Below are positions 1 to 7,834 of a stretch of DNA of 13,641 bases, piece by piece. The notes under the pieces are model-generated. The model saw only the letters and a list, made by a program, of their open reading frames with translations, made no database searches and was not told the DNA's origin. The translations under genes and the position numbers were made by a program. Source of the DNA: Octopus sinensis (lineage: Eukaryota); contig NW_021826118.1 in assembly GCF_006345805.1 (NCBI RefSeq), forward strand, positions 1-13,641, given 5' to 3'. The number at the start of each line of letters is the position of its first letter. The first letter of the stretch is position 1.

Positions 1-32
1 TCTTAGTTTGTAAAATGGAGTTTCATACGTGA

Positions 33-79
33 TGTGTGTGTGTGTGTGTGTGTATCTGTGTGTGAGTGTGAGTGTGTGT
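33..79. repeat. (TG)n microsatellite, imperfect
   Basis: Direct reading: tgtgtg... with tatc and gag interruptions. Confidence 0.9.
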
Positions 80-227
80 ACACATATGTATATATAATAA
101 ATATACATAAATACGTATAAATGTATGTATTTTGTGTATCGTTCAATTTAGCTAGATGACGCCTTTATCTTGTAAATAATTAAAGATGAATATTCACATG
201 TAGGAAAATTCACACGCTCACACACAG

Positions 228-1184
228 ATACATACATACATACATGCATGCATACATACATACATACATACAAACATACATACATGCATGCATACATGCA
301 TGCCTACATACATACATACATGCATACATACATACATACATACAAACATACATACATGCATGCATACATACATACATACATACATGCATACATACATACA
401 TACATACAAACATACATACATGCATGCCTACATACATACATACATGCATACATACATACATACATACAAACATGCATACATGCATGCTACATACATACAT
501 ACATGCATACATACATACATACATACATACATACATACATGCATGCATACATACATACATACCTTCATACATACATGCGTACATACATAATACATGAATA
601 CATACATACATACATACACACACATACATACATACATACATACACACACACATACATACATACATACATACATACATACATACATACATACATACATACA
701 TACATACATACATACATGAATACATACATACAAACTTACATACATACATACATGCACACATACATACATACATGCACACATGCACACATACATACATCCA
801 TACATACATACATACATACATACATACACAATACATACATACATACATACATCCATACATACATACATACATACATACATACACAATACATACATACATA
901 CATACATCCATACATACATACATACATACATACATACACAATACATACATACATACATACACAATACATACATACATACATACATGCACACAAACATACA
1001 TACATACATCCATACATACATACATACATACATCCATACATACATACATACAATACCATACATACATACATACATACATACATCCATACATACATACATA
1101 CATACATCCATACATACATACATACATACATACGTACATACATACATACATACATACATACATACATACATACATGCAAACATA
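228..1184. repeat. ~950 bp (CATA)n tetranucleotide array with variant units
   Basis: Continuous catacata... with catg, caaa, catc, caca and caata variants. It explains all YVCM/HTYI ORFs at 210-1258. Confidence 0.97.
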
Positions 1185-1650
1185 TTGAGATAAAGAAAGA
1201 TTGAGACGTAGCTGTGTAGTTTAGATTCGTACGTTTTATTTACAGAGTCGGTATACATATGTCTGTACGTGCGTGTGTGTGTATGTATAGAGGCATAATG
1301 TTTAAGAGAGCATGGGGAATGAAGAGAAGATAAAAGAGTAAAAAATGGAAGATGCCAGAAAAAAAGATGTGAAATGGAAAATACTGTGAGATGGGAAAAT
1401 ATCCGAGAGAGGTATACGTTATGTAGAAAAAGGTTGAGAGAAGTAAAAAAAATATAAAGAGGTTATAGTAAAAAAAAAGCGTCCATGATTAAATTAAAAA
1501 TGTAGAATTTAATAAGAAATAAGCTTGCATAAAGTAAAGGAGGGAGAAAAAGAAATACAGTGTGAAAGTGAGAGACACCTGGTGGGAGAAAGTCATTGGA
1601 AAGACAGAGGGACAAAGATAAACATAGGTGAAGAAACATTATCTTAAAGT

Positions 1651-1818
1651 ATAGGCGCAGGAGTGGCTGTGTGGTAAGTAGCTTGCTTACCAATCACATG
1701 GTTCCGGGTTCAGTCCCATTGCGTGACACCTTGGGCAAGTGTCTTCTTCTGTAACCTCGGGCCGACCAAAGCCTCGTGAGTGGATTTGGTAGACGGAAAC
1801 TGAAAGAAGCCCGTCGTA

Positions 1819-1862
<44 letters not shown>

Positions 1863-2085
1863 TGTGTGTGTGTCTGTGTTTGTCCCCCTAGCATTGCTTG
1901 ACAACCGATGCTGGTGTGTTTACGTCCCCGTAACTTAGCGGTTCGGCAAAAGGGACCGATAGAATAAGTACTAGGCTTCCAAGGAATAATAAGTCCTGGG
2001 ATCGATTTGCTCGACTAAAGGCGGTGCTCCAGCATGGCCGCAGTCAAATGACTGAAACAAGTAAAAGAGAGAGAAAGAGTAAGAG
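1651..2085 (+). mobile_element. tRNA-derived SINE, family A, copy 1 (full length, bipartite)
   Basis: A-box-like TGGCTGTGTGG at 1664-1674 and B-box-like GGTTCAGTCC at 1707-1716, with tRNA-like spacing. ACCTTGGGCAAGT (1728-1740) resembles the CORE/MIR core. Internal (TA)n(TG)n lies at 1817-1872 and the tail is GTAAAAGAG.... The same sequence recurs at 2491-2980, 10348-10843 and 11787-11953. Confidence 0.92.
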
Positions 2086-2109
2086 GATACTATACTGTGT
2101 ATGAAAATA

Positions 2110-2210
2110 TATGCATGCATACATGCATGCATGCACACACACATACATACATACATACATACATACTACATACATACATACATACATACATACATACATA
2201 CATACATACA
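2110..2210. repeat. (CATG/CA/CATA)n microsatellite
   Basis: Direct reading. Confidence 0.92.
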
Positions 2211-2370
2211 TCGTAGGTGCATTAGGTTATGTACAAACAAACTTACACAAGAAACTAGCAGTACTAGGTTTTCGAAGAAAGAGCAAAAGAAACTAACGCG
2301 GATTCTCCAAATTCAGTCTATTAATGTCACAGAAAAAAATTGTAAGACATTCCAAAGATTCTTTAGATGA
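2210..2370 (+). pseudogene. 3' ORF fragment of an RLE-type non-LTR retrotransposon, 5'-truncated and frameshifted
   Basis: Reads IVGALGYVQTNLHKKLAVLGF, then after a frameshift near 2270 SKKEQKKLTRILQIQSINVTEKNCKTFQRFFR*. This resembles the C-terminal (V/I)(I/V)GALG...LQ...T.KI end of RLE-clade ORFs, also seen at 7265-7635 and 7835-9120. Confidence 0.65.
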
Positions 2371-2490
2371 ATAGATGCACGATCAGCACACTAACTCAAC
2401 CACAAATTTACAAATACCGAGATCTTTCTTGACTCCCAAAGCTTTGTCACTTCGTTAGCGACCGGCTTGCGAAGAACTTAAACGACCAGC

Positions 2491-2700
2491 TTACTCTTTT
2501 ACTCTTTTACTTGTTTCAGTCATTTGACTGCGGCCATGCTGGAGCACCGCCTTCTAGTCGAGCAAATCGACCCCAGGCCTTATTCTTTGGAGGCCTAGTA
2601 TTTATTCTATCGCTCCGTTTTGCTGAACCGCTAAGTTACGGAAATCTAAACACATCACCATCGGTTGTGAAGCGATGTTGGGAGGAGAAACACAGACACA

Positions 2701-2761
<61 letters not shown>

Positions 2762-2768
2762 TATATAT

Positions 2769-2807
<39 letters not shown>

Positions 2808-2980
2808 ACATATACAACGGGCTTCTGTCAGTTTCCGCCTACCAAATTCACTCACAAGGCTTTGATCGGCCCGAGACTATAGTAGAAGATACTTGCCCAA
2901 GGTGCCACGCAGTGGGACTGAACCTGGAACTATGTGGTTGGTAAGCAAGCTACTTACCACACAGCTACTCCGACGCTTAT
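2491..2980 (-). mobile_element. SINE family A, copy 2 (full length) with probable 13-bp target-site duplication
   Basis: Reverse complement of copy 1; the heads differ at about 20 of 166 positions by eye. Tail is (GTAAAAGA)n at 2491-2510, and internal (CA)n(TA)n lies at 2697-2814. CGAAGAACTTAAA flanks it at 2470-2482 and 2982-2994. Confidence 0.92.
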
Positions 2981-3004
2981 ACGAAGAACTTAAATAAAAG
3001 TGAA

Positions 3005-3080
3005 AGACACAACACACATACGCGCAAATACATATATATATTATATAAATACATACGTACACACACACGCACACATACAC
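3005..3080. repeat. Mixed CA/TA low-complexity tract
   Basis: Direct reading. Confidence 0.75.
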
Positions 3081-3189
3081 ACGGATGAGTTATGTCTAAG
3101 CGTTAAAATATAATGTAAAAGCAATGAGCAATAAGACGGAAAACTACAGCACTGGAGGGACAGATTTGACAGTTAATGTATTAGTTTAT

Positions 3190-3480
3190 TCTCTAAATGG
3201 AAGGGAAAGAGAAGTAACGTTTCGGACATTAGTCATTCATCAGAATGCGCAAAGTATTGCAGGAGTAAGAAAGAGAAATTCGGTGAGAGTAAAACTAGTG
3301 AGAGGTTAAAAGATAGGTGGCAATGTGGTGAAAGAAAGAGGGTAAGCGATTATGTATGTGCAAGTATAGAAATGGAGAAGGTTGGAGATTGGAAGGAGTG
3401 TCCCAGGTATGATGAGGAATAGTGAGAGGAATGTTCTTTAGATAGAACATATGGAAAGGCAAGGGCGACGGGACAGTTGC
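3190..3480 (-). mobile_element. Probable Penelope-like element 3' remnant
   Basis: The minus strand gives NCPVALAF and FLIIPGTLLPISN, loosely like the PVA.HF and LIF.LGTL.P.G.N ends of Penelope GIY-YIG ORFs. A C/T-rich stretch and a CTGATGA...GAAAC motif follow. The protein similarity is weak. Confidence 0.45.
3214..3243 (-). ncRNA. Degenerate hammerhead ribozyme core
   Basis: Minus strand reads CTGATGA-A-T-GAC-taat-GTC-C-GAAA-CGTTAC. Both core boxes flank a small stem II. G10.1 is apparently mutated and I found no convincing stem I. Confidence 0.5.
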
Positions 3481-3496
3481 GTGTGTGGAGTCGGAT

Positions 3497-3590
3497 GTTA
3501 ACCTCAGAATTGATTTGAACTCAAAACCTACTCGCAGGAAACTGAATACTGTAAATGTATTTAAAATAGAACTACATCATTCCACTGCTC
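3497..3590 (-). mobile_element. SINE family C, degenerate 5' head
   Basis: The minus strand has GAGTTCAAA (3522-3514) followed by ...ctgaggttaac, matching ttctgagttcgaactctgccgaggtt at 4739-4764. Confidence 0.5.
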
Positions 3591-3853
3591 CATCTCAGTA
3601 CTAAAGTTTCATATTATACAGAGAGAAAATGAAAGAAAGTGGAAATGAGACAAAATGGGGTGGCATTAGAAGGATGCAATTAAAGAATTATTGAAAGAGC
3701 AGTTTAATGAATTTAGAGATTGATTTGTAATTATAGTCAGAGAAAGAATGTGGAAGAAAGAGGGGATGAAAATTGGTGTAATGAGAAAGAAAGAATGACA
3801 AAAGAATAAAATTAAATGTAATTACAGAAATATGAGCCTGAAAGAACGTGATG

Positions 3854-3856
<3 letters not shown>

Positions 3857-3893
<37 letters not shown>

Positions 3894-4276
3894 CACACAC
3901 ACACATATATATATATATACATACATACATACATACATACATACATACATACATACATACATACATACAAACATATATATATATATACATGCACTAACAC
4001 ACACACATATATGTATGCATGTGTGTGTGTACGTGTGTGTGTATACAGACACACCACATATATATAGATAGATAGAAAGAGAGAGAGAGACAGCAGAGAC
4101 TGTGCTACATTATATATGCATATATACGTTTATATGGGTGCATATATATATATGCGTGTAGGTATAAATGCATATACATATATATATGCGTCTATGTATG
4201 ACGTATGCATATATATATATATATATGTACCTCTCTGTCTCTGCCCCTCTTTGTGTGTGTGTGTGTGTGTGTCTGT
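3857..4276. repeat. Compound microsatellite cluster (AT)n, (ACAT)n, (TG)n, (AG)n
   Basis: Direct reading. Confidence 0.92.
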
Positions 4277-4561
4277 GTGTTCTTCAATATTCAGACACAT
4301 CCATGCATGTTTGAAATTATGCAACCAATCGATAAAAGATTGATATTTCAAACGACTCGAGATTCTATCTAACAATTGGACAATGACATAATCAGAATCA
4401 ATGACATATTTACATGAAAGTTTATAATTAATTTCTCTTGTAAGGCTTTGTTAATATTATTTCTGGATTTTCGGTATCTTTCTCCTGTTTTCTCATACAA
4501 CCAACTTTCATACGGGGGCAAATTTCAAAGTCGAGTTGGCCCTTTGAACAAAATCAAAAAC

Positions 4562-4662
4562 CATCCTCCTCTTCCTCACCCTCCTTACCTCCTCACTATC
4601 ATCATCATCTCCATCATCATCGTCATTGTTGCTGTCGTCATCATCACCATCAACAACATTAT
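4562..4662. repeat. Degenerate (CCT)n/(ATC)n tract
   Basis: Direct reading. Confidence 0.75.
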
Positions 4663-4664
4663 CA

Positions 4665-4888
4665 AAGGGCGGTGGGTTTGCAGAGTTTTAAGATCACTGG
4701 ATAAGAATCTGCGAAGTATTTGGTTATGGACCTTTACATTCTGAGTTCGAACTCTGCCGAGGTTATTATTACTTTTCATACCTCAGCGATCCATAAAATA
4801 AAGTACCAATTAAGTATTGAAGTCCGATTTAATCAAGTCTGTTCCTCTAAATCTCTAGCCTTGTGCCTCTAAGTGTAAAGTAATTATT
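4665..4888 (+). mobile_element. SINE family C, near full-length, diverged
   Basis: Head aaagggcggtgggtttgcaga, B-box-like GAGTTCGAAC at 4743-4752, central ttttcat...ataaaataaagtacca, and 3' ccttgtgcct...taattatt. Collinear with 7098-7231 and 12421-12598. Confidence 0.7.
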
Positions 4889-5429
4889 TCTACTATTGCA
4901 GAGCCGTTAGAGCCTCGGACAGTTTGTTTATGTTTCCGAGAAGAAGAATAATGTTAAGTGAGATCCTATTGGTACATTTGACAAAGAAAACTACGAATTA
5001 ACACTTACTCACATGGGTTTTATCAAACGAAAGTAATTCTTTATTTCTTAATGATAGAAATGCGAGTCGAGGTCCAATTTCCTGTTTTAAAAGTGTAACT
5101 TGCAACAGACGAACTTCGGATATGGAACATTTAGACGAAAAAAAGCTGGTATGTCAGCATGGTGTTATAAAAACAAATGTTTTTCTAACTGAAACTATCA
5201 CACAGGTGAAAGAAAGAGAAGGAAGGTAACCAAACTGCATGCTGCCAAAATTGTGGGGATGTTCTACTTTCAGAAGAATAATTCGAGCTTACCCTTATTT
5301 ATCCATGGAGTTTAATCTCTTACATCGGGTGACGGGTGGCATATTACACTGTGTCTTGTTTATAAAACTGAAGACGGGACAAAAAGGCAAGCTCAGTGCG
5401 TTGCAAACATGTCTATAGTAAAATTCTAC

Positions 5430-5736
5430 AATATATGAAACGGAAAATTGCTCGTAGTGGCTTTTCTAACACAATGTGGGCAAACAGTCAACGCTGGTGC
5501 GAATTTTGGCAATATATGGTGGTTTGAAGTCTCTAAAGACATACAAATATCCTCATTACATCACAACAACTCAAACTATCTCAGAGTTGCATCCTTTAGT
5601 GGGTGCCGAGATAAAATCGTTGCAAGTATTCATTCACAATTGCTACACAGTTGGCTATGAAGGTCATTTTAGCGCCTTCTCAGAAGAGCTGGAAAAACTA
5701 AAAGCAACAGCAGTTTATGGAGGCTGTTGTATCTAG
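5430..5736 (+). pseudogene. Possible decayed gag/ORF1-like retroelement coding remnant
   Basis: Non-repetitive open stretch containing CYTVGYEGHFSAFS (5641-5682), spaced like a CX2CX4HX4C knuckle but keeping only C1 and H plus the typical G and GH. It may be part of a larger decayed element at about 4900-6300. Confidence 0.25.
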
Positions 5737-6432
5737 GACACCACTGGGCGCGGTTCCAAAAGGAAAATCGCATTGTCCTCGCTTCATGGAATCAATCATG
5801 AGGATGAGGGACTCCTCCCCTTCTTATAGCCTTTACACGCCCATCGTCTTGGGATAATGAAGAGGAGACTGAAAACAAACATAAGTGACAAACTAATAAA
5901 TATAGTGAGAAAGGAAAAAAAATGAAGAAAAATTCGAAAAGATGAAGTACACCCAAGAGATGGCAAACAAAATTTGTGAAAAAGGAGCCCATCCTAGCTA
6001 ACGTTACATTGAAATTTACAGTTCTTCACACAAGAAAAGAAGAACTGATGAAAGAGTTAGAATATTTACAGTTTAAACTGGCGAGGAGATGGTCTTTGAT
6101 TACGTAGGGTTTGTGAAAGACGGGATATTAAAATAATACATAGGAACAATGGAAACCAGCACCAGCACTTAATGTTTACTTCGCTGCTTTAATCAGCACA
6201 AAATTGCTCCTGAACAATTTTGAAACCAGAATTGCATGGGCTATGAGACCAGATAAGTGGGTGGTGTGGGGGAGATCTCACCCACGTATGGGCGAGCAAC
6301 CCAATTTGTGATACACATGTTATACACATTGTTTAAATTAGATTGAGTTTAATATAACTTTATATTTATGCTGTACGAGTAAAGCAACCCCCCACGTCCA
6401 ATGGACGGTGCTGAGTTGTCAAACATTTAAAC

Positions 6433-6492
6433 CAAATTTTCTCAAAACAACTTGTCCGACCGTCCCATAGGCCTCCCCTTTGAGAAACACTG
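6433..6492. mobile_element. Possible 60-bp hAT-type MITE
   Basis: Left end CAAATTTTCTCAAA vs right end TTTGAGAAACACTG gives 11/14 inverted match. The 8-bp flanks ATTTAAAC and GTTTAACC match at 6/8. Confidence 0.35.
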
Positions 6493-6513
6493 GTTTAACC
6501 TAAATTTGAGATA

Positions 6514-6705
6514 CCAGCAAAAGAAGAAATAAAGATAGACTTTTTTTTCTATTCCAAAGAAAAACGATTTTCCACGGCTTTATCGCATTCTCACCTGGAA
6601 TCGATTTTTGTAATTTTTTCAAGACTTATGCACGCCCTGATACCGTCGGTATCTACATATCTAATTTGAGCGCAATTGGATGGAGGATGCCCGAGATCCT
6701 GGAAG

Positions 6706-6737
<32 letters not shown>

Positions 6738-6755
6738 CGGATTTTATATAAGAGA
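6514..6755 (-). mobile_element. Probable non-autonomous Helitron, second family; 3' end uncertain
   Basis: The minus strand starts A|TCTCTTATATAAAATCCGTTC(TG)n, the same terminus + microsatellite layout as 11983-12382. The candidate 3' end is CTGG|T at 6514, without a GC hairpin. An internal inverted repeat GATACCG-T-CGGTATC lies at 6639-6653. Confidence 0.55.
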
Positions 6756-7097
6756 TTTTTTGCTTGTACCAAATCTGTACAGTTTGGTAGATGATGTGGA
6801 TGATATCATACCCAGTCCAATACGAGAAATGCTCACTCTCGGATACAATAATTTCAAGGCGTGGCGTGAGGCCAGTTAAAATGGTCATTTTGACCGAACC
6901 GAGTCTGGTGATTTCTCACCCGTTTCTGCGTAGGTTACCCTAAGTGTATTTTTATTCTACTTTTACAAAACTTATAATTATTCTGAGTTTTATGAACATG
7001 CTGCGTTCACTATACAACGACACATCCCCTCGTTTTTATAATATATACATACATATATAGATTGGATGTATATGTGAATTCATTTGGCAAATAAAAG

Positions 7098-7231
7098 AAA
7101 TTCTTCGAAGGCAATTTGCCTTTCATCCTTTCGGGTTCGATGAAATAAGTACCAGTTTGAACACAGGGATCGATGTAATCGATTAGTCCCCCTCCTACAA
7201 ATTTTCAGATTTTGTACTTACAGTAGAAAGA
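7098..7231 (+). mobile_element. SINE family C, 5'-truncated, ending in an (ATT)n tail
   Basis: tttgcctttcatcctttcgggttcgatgaaataagtaccag...atcgatgtaatcgat...gtagaaaga then (ATT)n. Homologous to 12460-12598. Confidence 0.82.

Positions 7232-7264
<33 letters not shown>
7232..7264. repeat. (ATT)11 tract shared by SINE C tail (+) and R4-like element B tail (-)
   Basis: Direct reading. Confidence 0.92.
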
Positions 7265-7265
<1 letters not shown>

Positions 7266-7635
7266 TGTTTGACTTTTGCTTTATATTTGTACAAGTTGGC
7301 TCCAAGTCTCACCCAGAGACCTCAAGAGACAACAGGGTTGGAAGTTCATGTTGTTGTTATGCCTAGTGTGCCATATATTGGGGGGGGGGAGTTTTTGGTG
7401 TTAATGAATGTCTAAAAAAAGCTTTTTTTTTTTTTTTTGTAAACCGAAAATTATGTTTGTTTTAAACCTTGAGATTACATAGAAAGTATTTTGCGTAGGA
7501 TATGAGCAGTCCCATGAGCACTATCTTTTGAATTTCTGCCATTCTGGGGTTTCCTGGTATCTGAGTTAGGTAGCTATCAGCCCCTTTTGCTATCATTCCC
7601 AGGGCACCTATGACAACAGGTATTGTTTTAGTCTT
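7265..7635 (-). mobile_element. R4/Dong-like RLE retrotransposon 3' end (element B), 5'-truncated
   Basis: The minus strand reads KTKTIPVVIGALGMIAKGADSYLTQIPGNPRMAEIQKIVLMG, then after a 1-nt frameshift (T)AHILRKILSM*, with the stop at 7475-7477. A ~210-nt 3' UTR and an (AAT)n tail follow. Confidence 0.8.
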
Positions 7636-7750
7636 ATTATTATATATTATTATTATTATTATTATTATTATATTATTATTATCATATTATTATTATTATA
7701 TTATTATTATTTATTATTATTATATATTATTATTATTATTATTATTATCA

Positions 7751-7804
<54 letters not shown>

Positions 7805-7834
7805 CATCATCATTATTATTTTATTATTATTATT
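7634..7834. repeat. ~200 bp imperfect (ATT)n tract, the (AAT)n tail of element A
   Basis: Direct reading, with tatat and atcat interruptions. Confidence 0.93.

Noticed and set aside
228-1184. CRISPR-like or diversity-generating array
   Set aside because: No constant repeat with unique spacers and no cas or RT gene. The context is eukaryotic simple repeat.
210-1258. Long ORFs of 100-321 aa (YVCM / HTYI repeats)
   Set aside because: These are translations of a stop-free (CATA)n array, open in several frames on both strands. There is no evidence of coding.
1260-1650. Purine-rich stretch and ORF 1463..1693
   Set aside because: Compositionally biased sequence with no recognisable motif.
1654-1725. 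Genuine tRNA gene
   Set aside because: It has A/B boxes but no convincing cloverleaf, and it is always fused to the SINE body in four copies.
6676-6879. ORF ending LVDDVDDIIPSPIREMLTLGYNNFKAWREAS as an exon or helicase fragment
   Set aside because: Its start lies inside a repeat element and CA tract. No convincing donor site and no motif I can support.
7380-7438. G, A and T homopolymers in the 3' UTR of element B
   Set aside because: Ordinary slippage or sequencing-length uncertainty. Too few G tracts for a G-quadruplex.
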